This document shows, in pieces, positions 1-13,435 of a stretch of DNA of 64,000 bases (position 1 is its first letter; the number at the start of each line of letters is the position of its first letter). The DNA is taken from positions 16,680,001-16,744,000 of the forward strand of contig CM052817.1 of assembly GCA_028534125.1 (NCBI GenBank). Direction: 5' to 3'. The notes under the pieces were generated by a model. It saw only the letters and a program-made list of their open reading frames with translations, did no database searches and was not told the DNA's origin. The DNA comes from Lama glama (lineage: Eukaryota). Made by a program: the position numbers and the translations under genes.

Positions 1-177
1 TCGAACGTCTATCACTTGCACCCCATTTCTTCCTATGTCACGCAGCAAGGCACTGGCTCTAACCCAGGCAGGAAGGATGCAGAGCCCCAGCTCACATCAC
101 CACACTAAATCCTAAAGGGACAGAAACTAAATGCCGTATTGAAAGCTACAAAGCCAGTGCTTAGGACATTGAACTTG

Positions 178-201
178 TTTTTTTTTTTTTTTTTTTTTTT
201 T
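178..201 (+). repeat. Poly(T) tract
   Basis: 24 consecutive T. Confidence 0.95.
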
Positions 202-1019
202 AGAGCTGTAAAAATGCAGCTTGACAGACTTACTGGAATTCATCAGATTCTCTTCAGTCAATGTAAATTTTTTATTAGAAAGTCACGGAAAGTGAATTCA
301 CTTACACTGTAAAACTCCTTCATGAATACTAACAAACTCTAAAATCACAGCAAAGATGACGGCACAGAGCCACCAAAAAAACAAAAACAGCTAGCAATTC
401 CAGATGAAGGATCCCAATTGTTAAACATTTATGATAAATTTCCACGTCACTTTGTTCGGAAGAAGACCATCGATTAGTTCCACAGAAAAATTTGACTTTA
501 GATCAAAACTCCAGCATAACACAATAATCAAACGGAATAGGAAGGGAATGTGGGAGTGAGCAGAACTGAATGACTGAAAGGGTACCCACAGGACCAAGTT
601 GCTGTTTAAGGGTAAATGTCGTGTGTGTGTGTGTATCTGGGACATAGTTTACTCAGCATCAAAAATCACGAGGTAATGAATCTAAGGAGTTTATATGCTG
701 TGCCAAGTATGTGATCAATGAACAAAAACAGGATGTTGAGTTAGCCATTACAGCTATGAAGCCAGCAACAATTCCTGTATCTACCAGTATTGAAGCCCTG
801 CTCTGGTGCAGAGGCTTTTCCACAACATGGAACGCGCAGGGCTGACATCACCATCTTCCAGGCCCCCTTCAACCCCTAAAAGTCTACAAGCTACATCAGT
901 ATAGAACAACTGTGAAGTTAAGGAAAGCTGCAACAAAGGTACCTTTGGAAAAAGCAATTATATATATGTGTGTGTATATATGTATATGTATATATGCATG
1001 CAACTGGATTAAAAAAATT

Positions 1020-1475
1020 TAACGTACAATATTCCTGGATGTAATGTTATGGAAATGTTTACTGTTCTAAAATTAATCTATAAATTTAACAGAACCCCAA
1101 TCAAAATATCAACAGGTTGGTTTTTTTTTTTTTTTTTTGCAGGGAGTGGGATCAGGGGAAGACTTGATAAAATATTTGTTAGTTATATCTGAAAAAAGTA
1201 ATAAGAACATCTGAAAAGAAAGAGCAAGGGGAAGGAGTCTAGCTCAAACAGGTATTAAAAGTATTATAAAGTAAAAGCAGAATAATGTGGTACAATCATA
1301 GGACGAAACAGGGAGCTCAGTAGACAGAACAAAAAGTCCAGAAACAGATTCATATACATATATATACACACACACATATGAGTGTGTGTTCATTGATAAA
1401 AGTGGGCATCTAAAATCTGTGAGGAGAAAATGAATTCATCAATAAGCAATGCTGGTTACCATTTAGGAGAAAAGA
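1020..1475 (+). mobile_element. Old LINE-1 (L1ME-like) ORF2 fragment
   Basis: L1-like motifs aaattaatctataaatttaac..cccaatcaaaatatcaacagg, aatgtggtac and agtccagaaacaga. Confidence 0.65.
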
Positions 1476-1863
1476 CATAAATGGCTTAGGAGTTTTGCTG
1501 GTAAGATGGCTTTTAAAAGTCTGAAGTGGCAGAAGTGACTGGCAGAACAGTGTCCACCCACGAAACGGTAAGCTGAAGTCCTACAGCCTCGAGCTCTCAG
1601 CTTGTGGTTTCCCCACAGGATTCCCAACAAAAAAGGGAACACAGTCAAGCGGTGTGCCCTCCTCCGCTGTGTTGGACTTCACTGGGTTCCCTTCATCCCA
1701 GCCCATCCCATTTCTCTACCATCCACTCCCCCAAGTAATACAAAAGGATTCTGGGAAATTAAAAGATTTCTCTACCCATTTTGGGGTTCCCTGATTCCCC
1801 AGTTGTTGTAAGGCATCAATACAAACATCCTCAGAGCTCTCAAAGATCAGAAATAAGTCTTAC

Positions 1864-1902
1864 CTGTTTCCTCTTTTCAGGGGGAAGCGATGGATCGCCA
1901 TC
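1864..1902 (-). CDS. CCDC149: CCDC149 coding exon 3 (39 nt; DGDPSLPPEKRKQ)
   Basis: Acceptor ttctttgtAG| (1904-1903) and donor CAG|GTAAG (1863-1859). In frame with exon 2. Continues the recalled human sequence RELIDGDPSLPPEKRKQ. Too short for the ORF track. Confidence 0.93.
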
Positions 1903-2277
1903 CTACAAAGAAATCAATGTTACATTAAAAAAAAATTAGGTGTGCTTAGATTCAAAGAATGGAACCAAACTATGAATTAAATTTAGACCCTACCCTCCCG
2001 CACCCCCTGCAGCTAGTAATGTGTTGAACCAAACTCTAATATACTTGAAAACATTTTAACTCTAAACTGAACCAGAGTTATTTTGGGAAAACCTCTAAGG
2101 AATCAATTTCCAGTTAGGACCAAATCTATGTATTTTCTAAAACTATGTGAGCCAAATAAATAAATAAACTAGATTTATCAAAATTACTTTTGAGCACAGC
2201 CTAAGCTGAAATAATATTTCATTTGGTTTGAGTTGGGTTCCTCTTTTTAATAGTTAGATCCAAAGGAATACTACTGG

Positions 2278-2603
2278 ACACACCCCCCCACACAAACATA
2301 CACCCACACACACACACAAACACACATACACCCACATACAAGCAGACACACATCCACACACACACACCCACACACAAACACACACTCACACACAAGCACA
2401 CACCCAAACACAAGCGTACACACATCCACACACACCCACCCACACACAAACACACACTCACACACAAGCACACACCCAAACACAAGCGTACACACACCCA
2501 CACACAAGCAGACACACCCACACACACACAACCCCCTCACACAAACACACACACATCCACACACAAGCGGACACACACCCACACACAAACGCACACACAT
2601 ACA
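2278..2603 (+). repeat. Compound (CA)n-rich tract with a 72-bp higher-order duplication
   Basis: Interrupted CA repeats. aagcgtac recurs at 2412 and 2484. Confidence 0.95.
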
Positions 2604-3204
2604 CTTGAGGTTTCCCTATGCACAGAACAATTTTGGGATGGGGTAGGGATAAGATGTGCTCAAAATTAAGGAAAATTAACTGAGAGCTGCTAGTCCTATC
2701 GGAGTTTTTGTCTTAAAAGATTCAGTTCCTCTCCATCGTGTGCCACCTGGGAATACATAAATACCTCAGGCGGATGATAAACGCTCAGAAACTGAGTGCT
2801 CCTCTATCTGACGGCGTCCGTATGTCAGCACGATTTTAACCTGAGGAATCTTCTACCGGAGTTCTATTCCAGGACAATTCAGTGACCCCAGCACAGACAG
2901 TTAAACGTAAGCAGTAGTGTCAGCACTTAAACAAGAGGCAGCATCCGTGAGGAAAAAAGAAGCAAGAACGCAAAATAGCACCAGGCAGTTGGGATCCTCC
3001 AGTATAATTTGCATCCTTAAAGATCTTGCCATCTGAAAACTAGAGAAAATCGAATTGCCCAGGAAGGGGAAAGGTTTAAAAATTATGGAAATATTACTCT
3101 GTAACTGCTTTTTAAATTGAGTTAAATCTGTATGTACGGCCTGGGGAGATGTCCAAAACAAAGTGCCGAGTGAAAAGAGCAAGTTGTAGAACAACATTTA
3201 TATA

Positions 3205-3440
3205 ATGCTGTCCAACAGAACTGTCTGCAATGAGGGGAATGTCCTGCAGCTAAGTGTCCAACATAGCAGCCGCCGTGGAAATGCTCTGTTATCAACACAA
3301 CCCCAGATGGTTGCCACCAGCCATCTATGGCGACTGAGTGAATAAGTGAGACTGAGTGTTCAGTTTTATTTAATTCTAATTAATTTAAAATGAAATTTAA
3401 ATAACCGCATGCAGCTAGTGGCTTCTGTACTAGCGCGGAT
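3205..3440. mobile_element. MER3-like hAT-Charlie MITE
   Basis: gctgtccaacagaact...ttttatttaattctaattaatttaaaa...gctagtggct matches the MER3 pattern. Confidence 0.75.
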
Positions 3441-3726
3441 TTAGAATACAAATCCTCTCTAAAAACTCCGTATAATTCATTAACAAGTCAACAGGCATAC
3501 AAACACATCCGGATACGTGTGTATGTTCACAGGCACCAGAGCAAGCAGCCTATCAACTAGAGAGTGGGTTGGATTGTGGAGGAAACAAGGGTGAGGATTT
3601 TCACTTCTAAATTTTTCCGCTTTGGAACTGTTCTAAACCAATCCTCTTTTGAAGAAGCCGCATGAACAAGGCTCCTCCTTCTATCTGGCGGAGGGAACAG
3701 GGGTGTCACCATGACATCGTACATAC

Positions 3727-3888
3727 GATCAGCTCGCGGTACTTCTTCTTCAGGGACTGGTGGCGCTCCCGAAGCTGATTGGCCATGAGCTTGTACTGGT
3801 CCCTTTCCTGCTGGCATGTGTCCAGCTCCTTGGAGAGGATCAGCAGGGCTTCCTTCTTACTCTCCAGCTTCCTTTTGCACACCAGGTA
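3727..3888 (-). CDS. CCDC149: CCDC149 coding exon 2 (162 nt; YLVCKRKLESKKEALLILSKELDTCQQERDQYKLMANQLRERHQSLKKKYRELI), coiled coil
   Basis: Acceptor tttgtcctgcAG| (AG at 3890-3889) and donor ATC|GTATGT. Heptad-like Leu/Glu/Lys pattern. MANQLRERHQSLKKKYRELI matches my recollection of the human CCDC149 N-terminus. Confidence 0.95.
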
Positions 3889-6289
3889 CTGCAGGACAAA
3901 CAGATGCACGCGACGGCTCAGAAATGTCAACAGGTCCCCTCTGTTTCACACGCGCTGGAGTTCACATAGCCAGCAGGGCTGGTTTTGTTTCATTTTATTG
4001 CCTTTTTCATTTTCAGAGGTCACATACCCAGAGGCATTTGTCACTCAATGACATACGAGCCCAAAGGCTGCTACAGTATCTGGTATACTCATCATATGAC
4101 AGAACCAAGACCTTGGATGTTCATGAACTTTGGCCAACTGGGAAAGGGAAAATACCTGAATTGATGAATAAGTTAAAAAGCAGAATCCTTTTAAACAATT
4201 ACAGAGATAAAGAAATAAACTGATAGACCCCAAATTTTGTTTAAAAAAGGATCTATACATCCAGATAAGATTACATAAAATTCTGTTAAATTTTTATCAA
4301 ACGATACGATGCAGAAAGATTTAATAAACATTTTGTATATTACTAACAGTTACCTCTTGGTAGCAAAATTATTTGCATTTTTTTTAATGTTTTATACTTG
4401 TCTGTGTTTTCTAAATTTTTTAGAATAAGTCTATGGTGGCTTCTATAACTTAAAAATATATATACCAACCATGTAATAAAAAGTAATTTAACTGAGCCAT
4501 AAATCACTGCTATAGGTTGCACCTACCCATGCAACCTAGCAGACATTTTCTCACTTGAGAATTTTTATCCACTAAACTCGGTCAAGATGTGTACATCTTC
4601 TGTGATTCCAATGAAGACACCCACCACCAGAGACCAATTTTCTGAGCTAAGTATTTTAGCCACACTCTGAATTATCCCCCCAAAGTCGGGTGTACCTTGC
4701 TGCAACTCTTCCTCAGAGTCAACAGGATATCTTCGTCCCTCCTTCTTCCCACCGCCCCTGCCCCCAGTGTGACCCACCCTCCCCTGACAATCACCCATCA
4801 TGTGGGTCAGCGTGAGCACGACTGGGACTCTGTACTTTTATTGGATCTATTGCACCGTCTGGTGTTATTCACATATGTGAAATGTGGCACTAAATACCTT
4901 TTGAATTTGCCCCGTAAAAGACCAAATTCAGAGCATTCATGAAAACAATTTATAGTTTCATTATCCACTCTGACATGAGCACTTTGTCATTATGGACGCT
5001 CACACAAAGCAGAGACAGGATCAGCACTCCCATACCATTTGAGTCAATGCTCTTTTATGGACAAAAAGCATTACTCATATATAGTGCTTGCTTGGAACTG
5101 ACTTTGTTAAGTTCAATTTTAAATAAATGAAAGGAGAAAAAAGAGTTTTGTGCATTAGCACAATTTTTTTTCTTAAAAAAAAAAGTAATTGCTTAGCTTC
5201 AAAAACAAAGGAGAAAGAAAAAGCCATTCTGAGACGGATTTGAGTTCTAAGAGAGGACACTTCCACCTTGCATGAATTTTATTCCTGGCAGTAATGAGGT
5301 TGGAATCTTGCCTCAAAACGTCCTGGATTTTAAGACTCTGACACAGTCTTCATGGAGGAAAACGGTTCTGTTGCCACAGTGATTTCTCAAGAGTAAAATC
5401 CCCAGTGAGTAAATATCAGAGGAAAGTAGCTCAAAAATCTGAACTGCAATGTCCTAAGGGAAGTATTGAGACGTCACAGGAAAAAATGCCATTTACACAC
5501 AGTTTAACAGATCTGCCCTTGTACCTCCAGGTCTTTGCCCATGATCCACCTCGGTCAGCAGGGCTATTGGTATGGGTGGCGCAAAGACGGACACTTTTGT
5601 CCCTTCAATTTATCAGATCGATATCTGAGGCCCCAAAGATATTCCGTGTCTTCCGACTTCAGGGAAGAAAATTGCAGTCATGTGGAGACGTTGTAAGGTG
5701 GGGCCGGCAAGATCAGAGTCACATCCAGTCTACTAGAGGGGGACAGGTAAGAGCCACCACGTACTGGCAGAGTGGAATTTCAAGTTCCCTGACCTTGAAC
5801 TGAAATCTGTTAGGGTCCAAGAGAGAACCCATTTTTCTCTGATAGCAGGTCCAAATAGGGCCTTGGAAGCTGTGAAAAGGTCAGTAACGGGCCTCCATTC
5901 CCTTTGGGTCTAAGATTCCTGGTAGAAAACAGGCAGAGAAGACTCTGCTAAGACCCGGGGACCTGGGCTTTGGGGAAGAGAAATGTTGCTGTTCAGTTCT
6001 CCTTGGGGCATGGAAAACGGGACAACGAGAAGCTGCCTCAAAGGATAAGAAACTCATTCTGTAAAGAAGATAAAGCTACACCAAAAAAAGGGTGGTCTTC
6101 AGAGAGTCACTGCTGGGCTGTGCTTTCTTCTGCTTACTACGGTCTAGAACAGGGAATTTCAAATGCGTTATTCCATGTCATTTATTTTTATCAGTGGAAC
6201 ACACCTTAGGCTGAAACCTCATTTATAAAACAGCTCAAAGTGGTGCTGTTCTGGCTAAAGGCGGGACACCTCCTATACGGTCCTGCCAC

Positions 6290-6510
6290 TCTGGTGTGGC
6301 GGCATCAACCAGGAACCCTGCTCTACATCACCCTGGAAACCCCGCTTGTTTGTGAAAATGCAGATTCTTGGGCCCCAGCTCAGACTGCTCACCCCCAGCC
6401 CACACACTGCCTGAACCATCAGTCTCTGGTGGCTGGCTCCGAATTCTGCACTGTTAGCACAGGGCAGAGGTCATTCTTACCCCATCTATACTTTGAAAAT
6501 GCAGGCTCTG
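6290..6510. mobile_element. MER5-like hAT-Charlie fragment
   Basis: aaaatgcagattcttgggcccca...tttgaaaatgcaggctct. Confidence 0.55.
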
Positions 6511-7574
6511 GAGGCCTCCAGCTTCAGAGAGTCTTAAAAGTTAGAAACAACTAAAATAATCTGGAGGGACTGAGAGGCCAGCAGCAGCCTAGAGGTTCAG
6601 GGCCTGGCTCAGTCTCAGAGCCAGTCCAGGGTTGTCTGTGCCACTTTTTGTAGCAGGAGGGGTTCTGAACATGTACAAGCCCCGACTATATTTTACCATC
6701 TGGCTAAAGATCCTACATACGCAGTCTCATTAAAATATCAGTAGGAAACTCTGGGAGGTGTACATGTGCGTAACTGGGGAACAGGATGGAATTTCTTGTT
6801 CTTATTCTAAAATAGTGGTAGTTAAGTCCCTGTGGTGGCAACTGTTCAACTGTCCCACTTCCTATCGCTCCAATTGGTAACAAACAACAACAACAAAAAA
6901 AACTCGAAGGAAAGAAAAAGGTGCTGAAGAGCCTCCTCCATTGGCAGCTCTGAACAACCAGCGAGTGCCTGGACCAGCCTCAGCCTTAGGAGGGACCAGA
7001 AATAGAACAGAAAGTGAGACAAGCCAAGTCACTGTGCTTGGGGTGTTTCTGCTTCTAGAGGAGGATGAGTAAGTGCAGACGATGGAGTAGGCGGGCAGCA
7101 GAAAATCACCAAGCAGAGTCAGGAGGCCTCCGTCCAGATGCAGGGCTAGCCATGGGCTCATCATGAACTGGCGGAACCCTGGGAAAGCCACGGGATGCAA
7201 AGAACAAAACACTGCCTGGACCTCAGATTACACACTTGGAAAATGAGTGGGTTCCCGGAGAGCCCTCCAGCTTGAGGAACCCACGATTTTAACATCCCAT
7301 CCAATATCACTGGGATTCTGGGTGCCGGGGAAAATGCTAGGGGGAGGGGCTCCAGTGAGGGAGGTATGAGTCACTTCGAGCACCCAGAAATTGCTTCCTC
7401 TGCCTGGTCTAGGGTAGAGCCGGCTCAATGATTTCCAAAGGTCACCTGCAGCAGTGGCAGTTCAGAATTTCCAGACAGCGATGGCTTCAGGACAGCCACC
7501 TGGTTGGAAAGGGTGCTAGGGCTGAGGCTGTGTTTGCAATGACCATTTACAACAGAGTAAGAAAAGGTTAAATG

Positions 7575-8023
7575 TCTGTGTGGTCAACATTAGTGCCTCT
7601 CCTCAGTATTTCCAGGTCTCCTTTCCTTCCAGGCACTTGGTAGGACTATCCCTCCCCATTGCTTTGGAGTAAGGCAGAGCCATGTGACTTGCACTATCCA
7701 GTAAAAGGGGACTGGAAGGGATGTGAGTCACTTCTGGGATAGAAGCTCCTAGGAGTCAAGGTATGAATTGCCAAGCTTTCTCCTCTCCTACTACAACATC
7801 TGGGGAGGCATGTGTTGCTATGGAGGTGCAGTAAGAACAAAACAGCCCGGAGTGTAGAGTTGACATGACAGACAGTTGCCCTGAAGAGTCATTTGGATCC
7901 ACAGAGAAATTTGCATGATTCAGAAATAAAATTTTGTACAGGTGCAAAGGTACCTTTGGTAAGGTACAAAGACTTAGGGGGTGTTTGTTACCAGACCATA
8001 ACTTAGCCTATCCTGACTAATAC
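7575..8023 (+). mobile_element. MLT1 (ERVL-MaLR) solo LTR
   Basis: gccatgtgacttgc, gtcacttctggg, agaaataaa and the typical 3' end tgtttgttacc...cctatcctgactaataca. Confidence 0.75.
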
Positions 8024-8164
8024 AATCCATAGCAAAGAATGTGAGGATAGGGACACTGGTGGAGACCGTATCTGCCCCTGCTCTGTGCTTCTGCTCAGTT
8101 GCCACCATGATGAAGAAGATTAACATCATCACCATTATTATTACTAGTAACAACAAAAAAAAAA

Positions 8165-8350
8165 CCAAAGGTGAGTGGCAAATGCTTTCCATCTATGAGC
8201 TCCTTTAATCCTCACAGCAACACAAGGAGGTTACTGTGTTATTATCATGGACATTTTCTACATGAGAAAATGATGCTTAAATTGAAGAGTTTGTATATAA
8301 CATGCCAAGGGTTTGGCAGAGCCAGAATTTGAACACAGAGTTTGGTACAG
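8165..8350 (-). mobile_element. MIR SINE fragment
   Basis: tttaatcctcacagcaac...attttctacatgagaaaa...ggcagagccagaatttgaac. Confidence 0.65.
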
Positions 8351-11149
8351 CCAAGCCTTGGAACCCCAATTCCTGACAAACGAAGCCTTCTGTGAGGGAA
8401 AAAAAAATCAGAATATTCCTGGACTTAGTTACTACATCCAGTTGGTATTTTCAGCATAAGGAAGCTAAGAAAGGGGAATTTTGAATTTGTCTACTTTTTA
8501 TACCTAGAATTTCTTTAACCATCCTCTTCTAAAACTAGTGGATCTGCCTCTTCTTTTCTCAGAGCAAGGCCTGAAGGAAGAAGGAAAGAAACCAAAGAAT
8601 CCATAAGCATCTCCCCTCTACTCCTCCTAAGGGACAAGTAGAGGCAATAGGCTTTCCATCCACTTAAAAGAAATGGGGTAAAACTAGAGGCTGTTTTTGC
8701 AAAAGCAGCTTGATCGTAACAAGAGTTTTCTATAAGCTGTAGTCGGTCTCGATCATTCATTCAACAAATATTTTCTGGGTGCCCTCCATGTGTTAGGCAC
8801 TGAGCCAAGCATTTGGTCTCCTAAACAGATAAATGGTCCTAGGGATTCTGAAGTGGAAAACACGATATCTGGATAACAAAAACGTTATTTCCACAATTCC
8901 TTATGGGTTTTTCTGAAACCCTCAAAGTTTTGAAAATTAAAAATGCGTTCACTTCGCGTTAGTGACCTCAGGTGAGATGAGGATTTTTACCAGTCTTTAT
9001 GCCACAGACTGTGAATATCCATGCATTTGCTGAAGACAAATCAATGTGTTTGATTACCAGCTGCTGCCCACAACTCTACGGGGGACGGTACAGAATACAC
9101 CGTACGCTTACTGCATTTCCTTTCAGATGCCGAAGACTCCTGCATCCGAAACCCATCTGGAGCCTGAGGATTTTGAATGGGGAACTTGATTTTTATTTGA
9201 AAATCACCCTTGCAAATCTCTACATAGTCTCTCGGACACATGTGTGACTAAAATCAAATCTTTCTCCAACGGTAATTGTCCAGAACCTAAGAATGCATTA
9301 GATTTTTGACTTCTCTGTGTATGCCAGAAAAACACTAAAAGCATGTTACATACAATCAATGTGCAAGCTGCCATAATGCTTATATTAGTGCCTATTCCCC
9401 TAGCCTTGTAACTTCTTCATTCTTGAGAATCAGCATGAATGCTGGAGCAGGGACAAACCTTCCAGATAACCCAAGTGACCCGCCCAGTTGCAAAGAACAA
9501 GGTTCCCAGGGGCCAGCATCTTCCATAACGACGTCTTCCAAGTTGTGGGTCACGATGCATTAGTCTGCGGAGTGAAATCAATTCAATTGCAACCCTCATT
9601 TTCTTAAAAATAAAAAAAAAGCAGAACAGAACAGAACAGGAAACAGCATGAATTCCATGCAATGAAGGTAAGTGTGGTTTCATGAAACTTCTCTTTTTGA
9701 ATATGTGTGTAGGAATGAACACACATATGTGCCCGTTTTCACACATTTATTGTGGATTGCCATTTTAAAAGTTTGAAACTGTTCTTCTATAATAAGCCAC
9801 TCTGCACATTTATTCATTCATTGAATAGATATTTTAGTGAAAGGCAAGAGTGGGGCTGGGGGGTGGGTGCTGGGCAGGAAAGGAAAGTTGCACAGAAGAG
9901 ATGATGCTTGAAAAGAGTTTTGAGAGATGCGTGGGTAAAAAAGGTGCCCGAATAAAGGCCATTATGTAACAGAAATAATTAACCAGTTCTTTGGGATTGA
10001 GGCATCACTCGGATTAATTAACACTTGCCCTGCTCACCTCACTATTACTGTGAGCTTGAAATGAAAGGTACTATGTTAAAATTTGGCTTTGTAGACTTTC
10101 TTAAAATTAAAGGCATTTGTTTTACAGCATTTAAAACTTACAGAACATTTTCCCAGAGACTTTCTCATTTGATAGGTGACACTATATGGCAAGTGGGACA
10201 AAAACAGTCTTCCCCAGTTTACAGACAAGATAGGTGAGATTAATGGTCTTTCCCAGCATCACATAACTAACAACTATCAGCTTAAACTAGGGCTCTTAAC
10301 GACAAATTCCAGGCTCTTGTTAGTAGTCTATATTGGTAACAAACAAATTATTAGCAATTCCACAAATTACTTCTCTTGGGTTCAACCATATTTTTAACAA
10401 GACACTCTCAGAGATAACCGTGTCCCTGAAAGCAACGCATCTTCATTTACAGTATTTTGAGACCCTACCTGGAAGACAGGCGGCCCTCCTGGGGACTCTT
10501 CAGTCTTACTCCACAGGGCATGGCTGAGGTTAGAGAGGCCACCTACAGTCCTGCTCAGTGGCCAGCCAGCTCCACGTCCCCAAAAGCTCTGGCTAGCCAA
10601 GTGTCGGATGACTGGGGTCTTCACCAGCTCAACTGTGAGCATGAGTTACTTTATTTTTCAAAGTGCCTTTCAACTCATAATTGTCTAAGTTGTGACTCAG
10701 GCCCTAAGATGTGACTTAGGCTCAAAATCAGGCCGACAAAGAACACACTGGCGTTGCTGTTTCTTCACGTGGGGTCTGTTATCACCTTGTTGAAGGCACT
10801 CTTGACAGGCAGGGTGCTACCCAGGCAACCAGAGGCACACATGGGTCTGGCCTCAGCCCTCGCAGCTGGTATCAGAATCACAAAAGTGGGCAAGTGGGTC
10901 ACGTGGTCGCCCGACCCCACTGCAGAGGGCTGAGCTGAGCAGGGCACAGGCAAACACCCCACTTTCTGGCCACTCGGGTGGGGCCAAGGGACACACACTG
11001 GATTCTCCTTAGGCCCCTCCATTTTCGCCCTTCAGTCAAGGTGTAATTCTGCTTGTCAAGTTCGTGTGTAGTATAGGGATCAGGGATAATTGCTCTCCTC
11101 CCCACCTCGTAAAAGGAGGTTTTGTTTTCAGGAAAGGAGGAAACAAATT

Positions 11150-11410
11150 AGTATTTTTTGAATGTCTGCTATGTGCCAGGCACTGTTAGGAGTAACAATA
11201 ATAAGAAGACCTTTATTTGATTATAAGGGTAAGTGTGGCAGCCACTGTTTAGTGAACATTACTATTTCCAAATTGTGCAAAGTGCTCTACTTGAAAGATC
11301 TCATTTTACCCTGTGAAATAGGTTGTTTGATTAGCCCCATTTTAGAGATGAGTACACTGCTGCTCTAAGAGGTCAATTTATCCTTCATCATGAAGGTAAT
11401 AACCAGTACA
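11150..11410 (-). mobile_element. MIR fragments
   Basis: tatgtgccaggcactgttag and ccccattttagagatgagtacactg. Confidence 0.55.
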
Positions 11411-12879
11411 GCCATACTGCTCTCTGCATATATCTGGTTAGGATCCTTTGGTTATAGGCAACAGTAACTGACAAAGGAATCTGTTGGAAAAATATTGGAA
11501 ATCATAGAATTGGCAGGAAGACAGAGAAGTAAACTTGGAAACAGGTAGGCAGCAAGTCTGGAGGCAGCACCAGGAATCACCAGGTCTCAGTGCAAAAAAG
11601 TTTGAGTCAGAGGCTACCAAACCCGGTAAAAGTGAACTCTGTTATGTTTCAGGCTCTGTCTCCCTGCTCAAATGTGTCGCCAACTGGCCTAAAGCTAATT
11701 GTGTGCCATGCTTTGCCGGGGGGCGTACAGGACACCCGGACTGTATCCCTCCAAACTGTCCCTCCAGATTACATCCAGTGGTAATATCCTCCAAATTGGG
11801 GTGCTGTTGAGAAAGAGAAATGAACACTGGGAAGTGAGAAACAGCAAATGTTCACCACGTGAGCCCAGGTAGGTCCATTCTACTGAGCTTATTTCTCAAC
11901 CTTGCTAAGGTTCCCCTTCTAATGCTTCATGAATAAGGGGGGGCATTTAATAACAATTTCTTTTATTTGAACTAACCTCTGAGCCTCCACTAATCATACA
12001 CAGAAGCACATATACAGTGGTGAAGTTTACGTGGCCGCAGTGTGGCACAGACACCTACCAAATGGAGAAAGGAGAAACCACAAACCAAGTGTACTGGGTA
12101 ATCAGTGAAACATGGATGGATAAACTGGGTAAAATAGGCCCAGTTTCTGGCATGTATACTAGATACCATGAAATGCTTTCATTATCTTCTCAAAAATAGA
12201 TTTCTTTTGAACTGCATTTCAATTGTATTTTTTAAAGCAGAGCTCATAGCTCATTTGTTGATGTTAATTCATGCACACACGCCAACACCACGAAGGTGGC
12301 CTTGGGTTTCTCACCTTAAGAACTCAAACCTACTGCTTTCACCACTGAGTGGCTTTTATCTACCCATTCACTATTATCTGCAATAAAGCAAGTCATAATT
12401 GCTACAATGAAGGTCATAATAGTTAAATGACTATCTAACACACCACATTACTATCTGGATGGCTTTACAACCAGATAACTGCAGAGAGAGATGAAGGTAG
12501 CCAGGGTGTCAGGGAGGGGACCTCTCCGCTAAGGGACCCTCTCTGTCAAGCAATGACAGTGACTTTTACTGATGGGATCAGGCTAGACTTTATTAGCTGC
12601 TGCAAGAACAAGGTTTGCTAATCCAGAAAGGCTTCTCAGACGAAGATAAACACATGTGGCTGAAGAGTTCAAGTTCAGGAATAATTTAGAAACTTCTCCA
12701 CAGCATACTCACTCTTTCTTAGAGCTATTTCCTCCCCGGGTCCCCCTCTACTTTCTATTGTGTTACTGCTCTCTTCCTCCCCTCCCCTCCCTCCTCCACC
12801 CAGGAATACCTCATCCCCATCCAATCGGCAGCACCAGGTAAACAGTTTCCAACAATCAGCAAAATCTCTCTAACCTCAA

Positions 12880-13435
12880 ATAAGCTGCTCCCTCCATTCC
12901 TGGAACCCCACCTTTGCACTGCCCCATAATCTCGAGTTGGGACCAACGTGGCCACCAGGTCTAGTCTAGGTACCAGGTCCTTTGAAAAATCATAAATCAG
13001 GTCCTGCCACTCTTCTTTAAAAATGTCGCCTTTAAGAAGAGTGGCAAACAAGAGCCTTTCAATATCTGGCTGCAATCCACCTCCATGACTCTTCCTACTC
13101 GCCATGTGTCGTGTCTATCAGGTGCCACCTATTGCTACCCCATGCTCACTCTCCATCACCTCTCTCCTTTCTTGTCCTCCCCTGGACCCAGCTCACAAGC
13201 CCCTGACTGGGAAGCCCTTTGCCACTCCCGGACAGAGTAAGAGCTGACTCCTGGTGACCACACGGCATTCAGGGTGCACCTTGTTTAGAGCCTCACAACC
13301 ACATACCACCCGCCTGTCTCCCCACAGACGGAGGCCTCTTTGCAGCCAGAGCCTGACTCATTCACCTTTGCATCTCCAGAGTTAAGCGCAGCTCCTGACC
13401 CAGAGTGCTCAAAAAATATTTGAGAAATAAATGAT
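12880..13435 (+). mobile_element. L2 3' region
   Basis: L2-type end tcattcacctttgcatctccag...gtgctcaaaaaatatttgagaaataaatga. Confidence 0.55.

Noticed and set aside
2219..2600. Cys/Val-rich ORFs
   Set aside because: Translations of the (TG)n tract.
3557..4223. Overlapping ORFs around exon 2 in other frames and strands
   Set aside because: Shadows of the GC-rich coding exon, with no independent support.
7974..8192. Hydrophobic ORF resembling a signal or transmembrane exon of CCDC149
   Set aside because: Arises from low-complexity A/ATT/CAT runs between an MLT1 and a MIR. I found no GT donor after the hydrophobic segment.
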